DNA of 64,000 bases from Heterodontus francisci (Eukaryota), in the NCBI RefSeq assembly GCF_036365525.1, contig NC_090374.1, positions 71,500,903 to 71,564,902 of the forward strand, written 5' to 3'. A program made the position numbers and the translations under genes. The notes below the pieces were generated by a model that saw nothing but the letters and a program-made list of their open reading frames with translations, had not been told where the DNA came from and ran no database searches. Shown here piece after piece: positions 12,141 through 25,040 of the stretch (position 1 is the stretch's first letter; every line of letters begins with the position of its first letter).

Positions 12141-13765
12141 CCTCCACACCCAGCGGAATGAAATGCAATTATTTTAAAAGAGCATTTCATTAAAAAGAAG
12201 TAGAGAGAAGATAAGGACAGGAACACACACACACACGCATCTCTCTCATTCAGAACCCTAACAATTGTTACAGCCTGTCTTTTCTTGGTAGCAGTGCTGA
12301 TTTAAATGGTCCTTTTGGCATCCAAAGAAACATGTGGTTTTTGGGGAAGTTTTGTCCAGTTTGCACATGTCCATGACTGCTTAAGGGGTCTTTGTTCTTG
12401 TTGAGGTCTGCAGGGGGAGGGTTCGGTTTAATTAGCCTGAGGTTGGAATTCTGTTCAGGGGTGGCGGCAGTGGGCAGTTCCACTCTGAACTCTCTTTCAG
12501 TGCCTTGATGAGTCATGCAAGGGCTTTTCACCCTTAGGGGATGGCTGGTTCCCTTTTTTCCTGACTGGGGGTGGATTCTTTGCTAATCTTCCCTTTGTCC
12601 TCTGGGACACTCCTGCTTGCAGATATTTGTCCAGATTCTACTGTACTCCCCTGTGGCACTTTGAATAGGCGAGGCATCACCCTCACGGTTTCTCTGCCCT
12701 CTTGAGGACTCTCTTTGTCTCTGCAGGTTCCTGTAAATACTGTTAGTCACCCTGGTGGGGTGCTTCTAGTATCTGCATTTACATAGGAGGATGCGGGGTA
12801 TACTTTTTCAAGCATTTTGGGGTTGGCTGACCAGACAGTAGGGGTCTTCATCCGGGATTCTTCCCAGACTTCCTTTAACCTGCCCTTTTGGACCCTTTTT
12901 CCCTTTTCCTGTCTAACCTGTTGCCAGGTTTGTGCCTGCCTGCCCACTTTTGTTCTCGGCAGGGGTCCCTTACAGTTCACCAGCCCTCTGCTGGAGAGTC
13001 CTCCAAACACCGATACAGGGGTGCAGATTTCACTGTAGGTTGGTGTTTTCCCTCAATCTGGCAACTCCTGCAATATTCCACCACATCTTTGTGGTTTTGG
13101 TCAGTCAAACTGCTGTCTTATGCGGGCTTTGGTTTCTCATACACCGTCATGTACAGTCACTGTAATCTCGTGGGCCATTCTTACTAATTCTCTCCAGTAC
13201 CTCTGCGGCACCACTAACTGGTAAACCACAGTCCACTCTTTGTCCTCAGGTCTGTGAGGAGGACTCTATTTCCTCATCAGTACCTCATTCTTTAAGTAGT
13301 AGCAATCAGGGACTCCTTCTGCTTCAATTTCAGATTGGGCAGCCTGTACTAACTCTCTCAATACTGGGTCAGCTCACTGAGTCTCAGTGAGGGAAGATCA
13401 ATTTACTCATTCCCTAAGTCTTCCAGCTTTCCAAAGAAAGTCTCAGATAGACAGACCTCATGGCCATCTGCCTACAGTGCCAATTCAGTCTCCTCTCGGG
13501 GAGCTGGTTTGATCATGGCCTGATCCACTACACATTCAGGGAAACTGCAGGGGACCGTCTCCTGCCACTGCCCTGTCTTTCTGACCTCCGGTGGTCTCTC
13601 TTTCACTACTAGGGAAACTACCACATTCGTCCCCACCAGATCATTACCCAGGAGCAGGTCAACCCCATCCACAGGCAAACTAGGCACAATCCCTACGGTC
13701 ACCAGTCCCGAAACTAGGTCACGCTCCAAGTGCAGCCAGTGTACAGTTACAGGCATTCTCTGCCC

Positions 13766-14913
13766 TACAAAAGGTGAAGTCACATGGGATCAGAGGTGAG
13801 CTGGCAAGATGGATACAAAACTGGCTCGGTAAGAGGAGACAGAGGGTAGCAGTGGAAGGGTGCTTTTCTGAATGGAGGGCTGTGACTAGTGGTGTTCCAC
13901 AGGGATCAGTGCTGGGACCTTTGCTGTTTGTATTATATATAAATGATTTGGAGGAAAATGTAGCTGGCCTGATTAGTAAGTTTGCAGATGACACAAAGGT
14001 TGGAGGAGTTGCGGATAGTGATGAGGATTGTCAGAGGATACAGCAGGATACCGATCGATTGGAGACTTGGGCAGAGAAATGGCAGATGGAGTTTAATCCG
14101 GACAAATGTGAGGTAATGCATTATGGAAGATCTAATACAGGTGGGAAGTATACAGTAAATGGCAGAACCCTTAGGAGTATTGACAGGCAGAGAGATCTGG
14201 GCGTACAGGTCCACAGGTCACTGAAAGTGGCAACGCACGTGGATAAGGTAGTCAAGAAGGCATACGGCATGCTTGCCTTCATCGGTCGGGGCATAGAGTA
14301 TAAAAATTGGCAAGTCATGCTGCAGCTGTACAGAACCTTAGTTAGACCACACTTAGAATATTGCATTCAATTCTGGTCGCCACGCTACCAGAAGGACGTG
14401 GAGGCTTTGGAGAGGGTACAGAAGAGGTTTATCAGGATGTTGCCTGGTCTGGAGGGCATTAGCTCTAAGGAGAGGTTGGATAAACTCGGATTGTTTTCAC
14501 TGGAACGACGGAGGTGGAGGGGCGACATGATAGAGGTTTACAAAGTTATGAGTGGCATGGACAGAGTGGATAGTCAGAAGCTTTTTCCCAGGGTGGAAGA
14601 GTCAGTTACTGGGGGACATAGGTTTAAGGTGCAAGGGGCAACGTTTAGAGGGGATGTGCGAGGCAAGTTCTTTGCACAAAGGGTGGTGAGTGCCTGGAAC
14701 CTGCTGCCGGGGGAGGTGGTGGAAGCAGGTACAATAGCGACGTTTACTAGGCATCTTGGCAAATACATGAATAGGATGGGAATAGAGGGATACGGTCCCC
14801 GGAAGTGCAGAAGGTTTTAGTTTCGACAGGCATCAAAATCGGCGCAGACTTCGAGGGCCGAATGGCCTGTTCCTGTGCTGTACTGTTCTTTGTTCTTTGT
14901 TCTTTGTTCTTTG
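13766..14913 (+). mobile_element. Young 5'-truncated CR1 LINE inserted in the protease region of the Gmr1-like element
   Basis: Open 348-aa RT C-terminus (GVPQGSVLGP, FADD, LVRPHLEYC); (TTCTTTG)n tail; TACAA at both ends (13766-13770, 14914-14918); removing it restores host frame VVNGIVGQRMPV. Confidence 0.96.
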
Positions 14914-16508
14914 TACAATACCATTCACCACCATTCTGGTGTTCAATGCACTCTCTGGGGGTAAGGTCAGACCTTTTCCCAGTAAAAGGAATCAAGTGGC
15001 CACTCTGTCCCTGAGAATTAGTATGGGCTTGCTTGCCTCACTCGAGGGGTATGGCTTTATTCTTCCTTCAGACACATAACCCTATAAAACCCTATTAAAT
15101 TTTCCTGCACTTGCCGCGGTAGACTTCCTGGGTCTCACTCTTACAGCAGTTAAAGCCACAGCTTGTTCTGCTGTGCTTTCCATCAGGGTCCCTTCTTCAC
15201 TGAGCAGGTGTGCCCTGATTAACCCTACAGGTTTTCCCTTTAGTTTCCAGCAGTCAGCTTTTAAATGCCCTGCTTTATTACAACGGAAGCATACAGGTCT
15301 CCAGGTCTCACTCCTACTTATTGCACCTTCCTTTTTGTCTGGAGGAAGGCACCCTGTGTCTACTGCTTTTCTTCCCCTCCCCAAACTGCTTGGGCTTCTA
15401 TCACCTTCCCACCCTCTGTCCTATTTGAATTTGTGGGGGTGAGTAGGAAAGGTTTTCCCCTGGGAAACTGACTTATAAGTGAGAGCAAATTCATCAGCCA
15501 GGACTGCTGCCGGCCAGGCTTTATGAGCCTTTTGCTCCTCCACATGTGTCTATATGGAGAGCGGGAGAGAGTTTTTAAATTCATCTAACAAAATTACTTC
15601 TCTGAGATTTTCATAGCTGAGCTGTATTTTAAGAGCCCTCAGCTACTGGTCAAAAGCCAGCTGCTTATTTCTCTCAAACTCCTGGTAAATTTGAACAGCT
15701 TGCTTCTTGAGGGTTCTAAACTTTTGGCGATAGGCTTCCGGTACTAACTCATATGCCCCGAGGATAACAATTTTTGTCAGTTCATAATTTGATGAACTCA
15801 CATCTGGCAACGTGAAATAAACCTCATGGGCTTGTCCTACTAATTTACTTTGTAACAGCAGAGTCCAAGCCTCAGCTGGCTACTTTAATTGCCTTTCCAA
15901 TTTTTCAAAAGACACAAAAAGCACTTCCTCATTGAATTTTGGGATCAGTTGGAAAAGTTTTAATAATTCTGTACCCAGCCCTGAATTACACTCCTCCATA
16001 TTGGCCATGCTTTCACTGGGATTGCTCTGTTACCCTCTATTTAACTCAAGTCGTCACAGCTCTCTTTCTTCACATTCATTCTGGAAGGTTCTTTCTCTTT
16101 CTGTCTCCTCTCTCTCTCTTTCTCTTTCCCTGTTTTCTAATTCCAGTTTCCTCTGTTCCAGTTATATCTTTGCTAGCAGTCAGAGTCTACTTCCAACCCT
16201 GTTTCTGCTTCTTCAGATTCAAGGAAAAATGGTTGGCCACTAGTCTTAGGAGTTCAGACTTCTTAACCTTGCCACGTACAGTGATCCCACACTGCTCAGC
16301 CATTTTCCTCAACTCCTCCATAGACAGTACTTTTAACTTATCCCAAGTTACTTACACCCTGGCTTGGGGAGCTTCTAGCTTCAGTCACAGACATGTTAGT
16401 ATTCTAGCACACACAACCACAACAAAGCCTGTACTGAAATCTTTTCTCTTTTTTTATTGGGAACAATGTGGTTTCCCACTTCCAATTTCTCATTTGTCAT
16501 GGGTCAAA

Positions 16509-16527
16509 TCTCTGATGCTAGCCCCCA
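16509..16527 (-). promoter_or_regulatory. Degenerate tRNA-Pro-like primer binding site
   Basis: Minus strand reads TGGGGGCTAGCATCAGAGA just inside the 5' LTR; canonical Pro PBS begins TGGGGGCTCGTCC. Confidence 0.55.
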
Positions 16528-16533
16528 AGTTTC

Positions 16534-17443
16534 TGTTATGACCAGGTGAGGAGGGGTCTAGGGGTCCCTCTCAGCCTTTGCCTGGTTTAACCATAACAGG
16601 GTTTAATTTTAAAAACACCGTGTTTTTAGTTTAACCCCTCAGTGAGTCCTTGCTCACTGCTCTCTAATTGTGATTTCATATAAACCAACCAGACAACTTT
16701 CCTCAGGTTTAAACAAGAAAGGTGGAAGTTTATTAATCGTAAACTCTAATCTGGTTAACGACTACGAATATGCAACGCGACCACATTAACATGCATAGGT
16801 GATAAACACACACGCAGATAGAGACAGAAAAAGTAGAAGGAATAAAGGGGAAAAGTTTGAGGCAATATCTGGTAGTTACAGTCCTTTAAATTCAGTGTAG
16901 AGTCTTTGGTTGCCACTAAGTCTTGCAATTCGTTGGGGCCCAGTTCACACTTCAACTTGTTCCGATGGAGGAGTCTTTACTCTCTCGAGGTTTACGTATC
17001 TTCCATGGGTCCGGTGGCTTGGGAGAAAGTGAAAGAGAGCCAGCCAGGAGAGAGAGACTTCTTTGCTCCAATTTCAGTTTCAACTGCCTTCTGCGTCTTT
17101 CTCTGTGGCACAATTCAAAAAAAACCAGTTTGTCCAGCAGGTTAGTCATGTGACTAGCTGGTTCGACCACTTCTGTTTGTGGATTCTGCCATCTTAGCAG
17201 TCATCCTGGAATGTGAGCGTCCTCACCTTCAATGTCTAGTGATCAAAGTCCATTGTGGGTTAGGTGGATCAGGGAGCACTCCTTTTGTCTCTCGGAGCAC
17301 TGTCTGTTAGTATGCAAATATTTTTCCAGCCACTGCTGATCTGTTTAACAAGACATTTCCATGCCCCAGCAACAATTTAAACTCAATGTTCATATGACAA
17401 AATTAATATGCCTCATTCTTGGCATGTGGGAGTCTGCATGACA
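16534..17443 (-). repeat. 5' LTR of the Gmr1-like element (910 bp)
   Basis: TGTTATG...CATGACA inverted termini; direct repeat of 11431-12140. Confidence 0.92.
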
Positions 17444-17457
17444 ATATACATAAGGAC

Positions 17458-17636
17458 AGGGGAAATTTTGACCTAATTCGCCTGGAAGGAAACTAACAGG
17501 ATTTGATGGAATGCTGGATTTACACCCCGACCAAATATTACACTTAACAATGCGCAGTAAAATCAGGCATGGTATAAAACCAGAATTCTATCCGATCTTG
17601 TCAGTTTCCCAAGTATTAGGTTAGGTTAAAATTGTC
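17458..17636. mobile_element. Small imperfect palindromic MITE
   Basis: GGGGAAATTTTGACCTAA ... TTAGGTTAAAATTGTC, with inner GGATTTTACACC / GGTATAAAACC inverted match. Confidence 0.55.
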
Positions 17637-18325
17637 TTATTATAATCAGTGTTTCAGCAGGTGTACAGTATGTTGCACTATAAAATGTGCCATGTACTGA
17701 CTGTGCAGCAGCAACATGCCTAATTATGATTGCTGACTTATCATGTGGCCTTTTCTTATTATTACATTATTCCAGAAGGAGCATGCTGCTCACCAACAAT
17801 TCTTACAATTGCATTCAGCATCATTATCACTATAAACAAGCAACAGCATAGAGACAGACACTCCAGCAGCTTTCCAAAGATTTAGGAAGGGAATTACGTG
17901 ATGATTCATTTTTATGGGTATGCAAGAAGCCGAGTGGAGATGGAGGACGAATCATAGAATCATGGAAATGTTTAGCACGGAAAGAGGCCATTAGCCCCAT
18001 TGTGTCCCCACCGGCCAACAAGTAGCCATCCAGCCTAATCCCACTTTCCGGCTCTTAGTCTGTAGCTTTGTAGGTTATGGCACTTCAAGTGCATAGCCAA
18101 GTACTTTTTAAATGTTATGAGAGCTTCTGCCTCTATCACCCTTTCAGGCAGTGTGTTCCAGATTCCCACCACCATCTGGATGGAAAGATTTCACCTGGAA
18201 TCCCCTTTAAACCTCCTATTTCTCACTCTACATCTATGTCCCTTGGTTATGGACTCCTCAACCAAGGGGAATAAGGCCTTCCTATCCACACTATCTAGAC
18301 CCCTCAAGTATTAGGTCCCCCCTCA

Positions 18326-18458
18326 GCCATGTACTGACTGTGCAGCAGCAACATGCCTAATTATGATTGCTGACTTATCATGTGGCCTTTTCTTATTATC
18401 ACATTATTCTAGAAGGAGCAAGCTGCTCACCAACAATCCTTACAATTGCATTCAGCAT
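18326..18458 (+). repeat. 133-bp direct copy of unique-looking sequence 17689-17821
   Basis: Near-identical GCCATGTACTGACTGTGCAGC...TTGCATTCAGCAT at both positions. Confidence 0.95.
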
Positions 18459-20056
18459 TCCACAGAAAACAACCCAAGCCTATCCAATATTTCCTCATGA
18501 CTAAAATTCTCCAGTCCAGGCAACATCTTCGTAAATCTCCTCTGTATCCTCTCTAGTGCGATAACATCTTTCCTATTGTGCGGTGACCAGAATTGCATGC
18601 AGAACTCCAACTGTGGCCTAACTAATGTTTTATACAGTTCCAGCATAACCTCCCAGCTCTTATATTCCATGCCTCGGCTAATAAAGGCAAGTATCCCATA
18701 TGCCTTCTTGATCACCTTATCTATCTGTCCAGCTACCTTCAGCGATCTGTGGACATGCACTCCAAGATCCCTCTGTTCCTTTATACTTCTCAATATCCTA
18801 CCATTTATTGTCTATTCCCTTGCCTTGTTCGCCTTCCCCAAATGCATTACCTCACACTTCTCCAGACTGAACTCCATTTGCTGCTGTTCTGCCCACCTGA
18901 CTAGTCGATTGATATTTTACTGCAGTGTACAGTTTTCTTCATTATCAACCACACAGCCAATTTTGTATCTTCTGCAAACCTCTTAATCTTCTCCCCTACA
19001 TTCAAGTTTAAATCATTGATGTATACCACAAAAAGCAAGCAACCTAGTACCGAGCCCTGTGGAACCCACTGCAAACAGCCTTCCAATCACAAAAATCTAC
19101 CATTACCCTTTGCTTCCTGCCTTTGTGCCAATTTTGGATCCAACTGGCCACTTTGCCTTAGATCCAATGGGCTTTTACTTTCATGATCAGTCTGTCATGT
19201 GGGACTTTCTCAATAGCCTTGCTAAAATCCATATAGATTCCATCAAATGCACTACCCTCATCACCCCTCCTTGTTACCTCCTCAAAACATTCAATCATGT
19301 GAGTCAGCCACAACCTTCCCTTAAATCCCGGCTGACTGTCTTTGATTAATCAATGTCTTTCAAAGTGAAGACTTATCATGTCATTCGGAATTTTTTCCAA
19401 TAATATTCCCATTGAGATTAGGCTGACTGACCTGTAATTACTCGGTCTACCCTTTTCTCCCTTTTTAAACAATGGCACAATATTAGCTGTCCTCCAATCC
19501 TCTGGCACCTGCAGCCAGAGAGGATTGGAAAATGGTGGTCCATTATTTCTTCTCTTGCTTCCCTAAGCAGCCTAGGATACATATCATCTGGGCCTAGGAA
19601 TTTATCCAAGTTCAGATCTTACCCCCTTAATACTTCCTCTCTCACTAAGTTAATTTCATCCAATATTTCACACTCCTCTTCTCTGATTGCAATATCTTCC
19701 TCTCTGTTGTGAAAACAAATGCAAAGTATTCATTACCCATGTCCTCCTCCTCCACATACATGTTACCCTTATTGTCCCTGGTAGGGCCTACTCTTTCTTT
19801 TGTAATCCTCTTGCTCTTTATGTATATTTTAAAAAATCTTCTGGTTTTCCTTAATTTTTCATGCCCTCGCTTTGCTTTCCTAATTTCCTTCTTAATTTCA
19901 CTCCTATACTTTTTTTGTACTCCCTAGGTTTTCTGCAGTATTGAGCCCTTGGTATCTATCATAAGCTTTCCTTCTTCTATCTTTATCCTCTCCTTTAAGA
20001 CCTTGACATCCAGGGGCCTCTGAATTTGTTAGTCCCACCCCTTTAAGGGAAAATAC

Positions 20057-20240
20057 TGAGTTCCTCAGGGTAGTATCCTAGGCCCAACCATTTTCACCTG
20101 CTTCATCAATGACCTTCCCTCCATCATGAGATCAGAGTGGGGATGTTCGCTAATGATTCCACAATGTTTGGAACCATTCGTGACTCCTCAGATACTGAAG
20201 CAATCCGTGTCCATATGCAGCAGGACCTGGACAATATTTA
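20057..20240 (+). mobile_element. RT fragment of a second LINE family (CR1/L2 group)
   Basis: VPQGSILGPTIFTCFINDL...MFAND...QQDLDNI; diverged from the main CR1 family. Confidence 0.75.
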
Positions 20241-20838
20241 GGCAAGTCATGCTGCAGCTGTACAGAACTTTAGTTAGGCCACACTTAGAATATTGCGTGC
20301 AATTCTGGTCGCCACACTACCAGAAGGACGTGGAGGCTTTGGAGAGGGTACAGAAGAGGTTTACCAGGACGTTGCCTGGTATGGAGGGCATTAGCTATGA
20401 GGAGAGGTTGGAAAAACTCGGATTGTTTTCACTGGAACGACGGAGGTGGAGGGGCGACATGATAGAGGTTTACAAAGTTATGAGTGGCATGGACAGAGTG
20501 GATAGTCAGAAGCTTTTTCCCAGGGTGGAAGAGTTAGTTACTAGGGGACATAGGTTTAAGGTGAGAGGGGCAAAGTTTAGAGGGGATGTGCGAGGCAAGT
20601 TCTTTACACAGAGGGTGGTGAGTGCCTGGAACTTGTTGCCGGGGGAGGTGGTGGAAGCAGGTACCATAGAGACGTTTAAGAGGCATCTTGACAAATACAT
20701 GAATAGGATGTGAATAGAGGGATACGGACCCCGGAAGTGCAGAAGGTGTTAGTTTAGGCAGGCGTCAAGATCGACGCAGGCTTGGAGGGCCGAATGGCCT
20801 GTTCCTGTGCTGTACTGTTCTTTGTTCTTTTGTTCTTT
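20241..20838 (+). mobile_element. Young CR1 3' fragment, same subfamily as 13766-14913
   Basis: Near-identical to about 14310-14910, including the TTCTTTG tail. Confidence 0.95.
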
Positions 20839-22626
20839 GATTCACTTTCAAGTAGCTGTTTCCAGTCCACTTTAGCTCAATCACATCTCAGCTTAGTAAA
20901 ATTAGCTTCATCTCAATTGAGAACTTTTATTCCTATTCTACATTTGTTCTTTTCCATAACTACACCAATTATAACAGAATTATGTTCACTTCCATCAAAG
21001 TGTCCTCAAATGATAGCCCCTCCACATGTGCAGCTTCATTCCCCAAAAATAAGTCCAGAACCGCCTGCTCTCTTGTTGGTACCAGCTAAAAATATTCTCC
21101 TGAATGCACTTTAAGAAATCTGTTCCCTCTCTGCCTTTCATACTAATTCTATCGCAATTAGTATTAGAGTAGTTGAAATCCCTTCCTATCACTGGCCTAT
21201 TGTTTTGACACGTCTCAAAAACTTGCAAGATGTTTGCTCTTCTACCACCTTCTGACTGTTTGCGGATCTACAGTATACTCCCAGTAGCGTGAAGGCCTCT
21301 TTCTGTTCTTCATTTCAACCCATATGTCCTCATTTGATGATCCTTCTACCATATTATCCCACCTCAGAGCTATCATTGTTTCTTTAATCAATATTGCAAC
21401 CCTCCTTTCCTTTTTTTAACCCCCTCTCTATCTTGTCTGAAAATATTGCAACCAGGAATGTTCAGCTGCAATTCCTGCCCTTCTTTCAGCCATGTCTCAG
21501 TAACAGCTATAATATCATACTCCCACATGTCAATCTCTGCTCTCAGCACATCTGCCTTATTCCCTAGGCTTCTTGCATTGAAGTATATACCATTTCGCAC
21601 TGCCAAACTCCCTTGTGGTCTATTTTCTAGCTATTGTTTCCTCTGTCTTCCAAACATACTAATTTTCTGCCTTCCATTTCCAGATTTTCTTTTCTCCCTT
21701 CTGAATCTATTCTCTGGTTCCCATTCCCCTGCCAAGCTAGTGTAAACCCTCCCCAATAGCAGCAGCAAAAACCCTCTGTGAGGAGTTTGGGCCCTGCCCT
21801 GTTGAGGTGCAAGCCATCCGGCTTGTGCAGATCCCACCTCCCCTAGAAGCAGTGCCAATGCCTCAGGAATCTAAAGCCCTCAGCCCTACACCATCTCTCC
21901 AGCCATGTATTCATCAGCTCTATCTTCCTATTTCTGTATTTACTAGCACGTGACACTGAGAGTAATCCAGAGATTATGACTTTGAGGTCCTGTTTTTCAA
22001 TCTTTCTCCTAGCTCCCTAAACTCTGTTTGCAGGAGTTCATCCCTCTTTCTGCCTATGTCATTGGTGCCGAAATGGACAATAACCTCTGGCTGTTCGCCC
22101 TCACCCGCTCAGTGACATCCTTGACCCTGGCACCAGGGCTGCAACATACGTTCCTGGAGTCACATCTGCAGTGTTCCCCTCACTATCACCTCCCCTACCA
22201 CTATTGCTCTTCTACTCTTCCTCTCCTGTCCCCTGTGCAGCTGACATTTATTGTTGCTAAATTTCATTTCTCACTTTAGTACTTTTTCTTCAAGACTGAT
22301 GACTGATGGAAACATATTGAGAAGAAGCAATGAGTATGTGATTCCATGTTAATGTCCTGTGTGATAGTCCCCCATACCTAGTTCAATCTCTGGGGATTGA
22401 AGGATTGCTCCTCGCTCAACAGAAAGTCCTTTGCCTTGTCTTTGTACCATTTACTGTGATCTATAGATCTTATTCTGCAAATCTTGGTAACATATTCTGC
22501 AGTTTTTCATAGAGATTTTGTAGTTCACAGCTGAAATGGTCCACAGTACTGTGGTTATTATGGTTAAGTAAATAATTAAGCAAATCTGGAAGGTACTTTC
22601 CAATTGGGCACTTATTTGCATTGTAT

Positions 22627-22896
22627 GGCGGGCAGCCATAAAGGCGAGACTGAAGTGTGGCAAGTCGAAGAGACTTAGCAGTTGGCAGGAAAAAAGACAG
22701 AAGCGCAAGGGGAGAGCCAACTGCGAAACAGCCCCGACAACCAATTTTATCTGCAGCACCTGTCGAGGAGTCTGTCACTCTAGAATTGGCCTTTATAGCC
22801 ACTCTAGGCGCTGCTTCACAGTCCACTGACCACCTCCAGGAGATTACCCATTGTCTCTCGAGACAAGGAGGCCAAAGAAGAAAGAAAAAAGAAGAC
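22627..22896 (+). mobile_element. RTE-clade LINE 3' end
   Basis: WRAAIK...FICSTCRGVCHSRIGLYSHSRRC C-terminal zinc finger followed by GAA-rich tail. Confidence 0.8.
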
Positions 22897-24769
22897 TCTT
22901 AGGACATTTGCATTTCCAGAATAGCACATAATAAAGTTGCACATTTCTTTGGGTGCATTAAAAAGGGGCAACGTGGCACAATGGGCCAAATAGCCTCCTT
23001 CTGTGCTGTATGATTCTATGATCTTAACTCCAATTTTATGCATTGCCTTGTGCACTGAGAATAATTTCAGTCATGGGTGAGGTGGAGATGAGTTCCATTG
23101 AAGACTCAAATACATATACATAGGTAAATATAAAACAGCAGCTACAGAGGCTTACTCGGGGAAATTTATGTTTGAACCACTGAGTCATCTCTAGTTCTGC
23201 CTCAAGGATTTTTATCTTACATGAATGTATTTATTTTTACATGATTTGTTGACATTTGCCACAGACAGTAGATATGGAGTGAGAAAGATAGAGGGCACCA
23301 GCTGATGTGTTAGCTGTGCTGCAAACATTAACCAGATGATACAAACAATCCCAGCAGGTACACTGTGAAACTTCAACATTCTTCTGTGTAGCAAAGGAGC
23401 CTGGATGCTATTAAAATTTATTACTTATTAATATCGCTACAAAAATTTATATCCTCTGGGTTAGCTGATATCCACATTTAATAAAGCCCATTCGTAGAGC
23501 ACACTGCTTCCTCTTCAGCCTAGTCTTCCAAAAACAAGGAATATTTTAACATTAGTGGAAAACTGGATTTGCATCTCTGTCCATAGTTTTCAGTCTATGA
23601 ACTGATGTTAATCTTGCAACAGTTTGTCGCATTCAGTTGTATCTACATTTTTCGTGGGTGGAGACTACTATTTACCTAGGAAAAAATTGTGTGTCTTCTT
23701 GGGCAGTTTTTTTTCTGGTAGGAGATTGGTTTATTGCTTTGTAGGTGTGTGTCTGTAATGATAATTTGAAGCTGATTTTCCTTGTTTCCTTTCACTGTGC
23801 TTCTTGCCACTCAAAGGAGACACATATGGTGTCTATGTCATTACCTCGTTACAGCCCACGTCTGTCTACGAGTGGGAGCCGAAAGTTGCAAATCTCCAGC
23901 TGTAGACTGTGATACAACTGGAATTGGCTGAGGTCAACAGTGCTGTAATTACTTGAAAATGTCAGAGTACAATAAAATACAACAGTTCATCTGGCAGAAA
24001 GCAAATTAGCTTTGACCATGGTGTAATTACCCTTTTCTGCACTACCATTAGAACAGATCAAATCTCTGCATTCACTGTTTGAGGAAAGGCCATCAAAGTA
24101 CACTCTACCTGACAAGGATGCGCATTTGCCATTTTGTGGTGTAATTAATTGTCCTTAGAATAGAAATTTTTAATATTTGACTCCATAATGGAAAAGTGTA
24201 ATAACTTGACATGTTCATCTAAAGACTGCTTAAATCCTTGCTGAAATGAAAAATTTCCATTTTTCCTCATTGATGTGCCTTCAAAGGTCCCAAACAATTT
24301 GCAATTTGAGGGAGAAATGCTGTTTTTCATTACACAATATACTGATCATATTTTAAATGAAGGATTTATTCCATGAGGGATGGCATGATAATGATTTTGA
24401 AAAGTGTTATTTCTTCATTATCTGTTTTCTTAAAAATATATTTGTTATCCCTCCACTAAAAAGCAGGATTTTAAAAATATTTGGTATTTTTCAAATCTAT
24501 TCTTCTTCGTCATACTACAGTGTCCACATTGCCAACACATATTGGGTGTAGAGCAAGTCAGACAGGCAGTGGGTGGGGCAATCTGAATCTTCAATTGATG
24601 CCAGTAGTGAGAAGCCAGCACGTTAGTAGTATTCATTGGCAGCTTACTGCTTTGGAGGGCAGGATCTCCGCTGCACTCCAACACCTATTTAAAGTGAGCT
24701 TGCAACGCCTACACTGAGGTCTGCATTAACTTTGAAAAAAAAGTTGCAATATTTGGAACTTTCTGTGCT

Positions 24770-25040
24770 AGATATCTCCTGAAAGAGCTTCCAGGTTTGG
24801 TGATGTAGCAGTGGAGGTCCAAGTGGAGCAGGTGAGGTTTTGGGGTGATGTAGCAGTGGAGGTCCAAGTGGAGCAGGTGAGGTTTTGGAGAAAGGTCCTC
24901 TTCCACAAAAAAATAACAAAAGTGTGCCAAGGAAGACACTGCAGTAAAGACTGGAAGGAGACTAAAATAAACATCATCCCCAGGACGTGGATGCAATGCT
25001 GGAAAAAGTTTAATGACTTTCATCGGACAACAAAGGTGAA
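24770..25040 (+). pseudogene. Second Harbinger Myb/SANT exon remnant with an internal 45-bp tandem duplication (24799-24888)
   Basis: RASRFGDVAVEVQVEQV...PRTWMQCWKKFNDF then AAG|GTGAAA donor. Confidence 0.7.

Larger units (their letters stand above)
11431..17443 (-). mobile_element. Gmr1-like Ty3/gypsy LTR retrotransposon, internally deleted (gag, protease, integrase N-terminus; no RT/RNase H)
   Basis: Two direct LTRs; gag GAYELVPEAYRQKFR and CFRCNKAGHLKADC; protease ILRD.../VDLLLGNDL; integrase AHE..H...YCRSC...GPLPRTK immediately after protease. Confidence 0.85.
17950..22240 (-). mobile_element. Older near-full-length CR1 LINE (ORF1 esterase remnant, endonuclease, RT, tail), interrupted at 18326-18458 and about 20057-20838
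   Basis: Minus strand: DGLHLNRAG (SGNH esterase-like), YFNARSLGNK / IAVTETWL, GRDFNY, GPDDMYPRLL, VPQGSVLG, LVRPQLEFC. Confidence 0.9.

Noticed and set aside
13774-14820. 348-aa ORF as a host or domesticated gene
   Set aside because: It is the RT C-terminus of a 5'-truncated CR1 with tail and TSD, and lacks an ATG start and the N-terminal RT motifs.
15932-16541. Plus-strand 103-aa and 200-aa ORFs
   Set aside because: They are antisense shadows of the minus-strand gag coiled-coil region.
24799-24888. CRISPR-like repeat
   Set aside because: Two adjacent units with no spacer, in eukaryotic DNA, with no cas genes.
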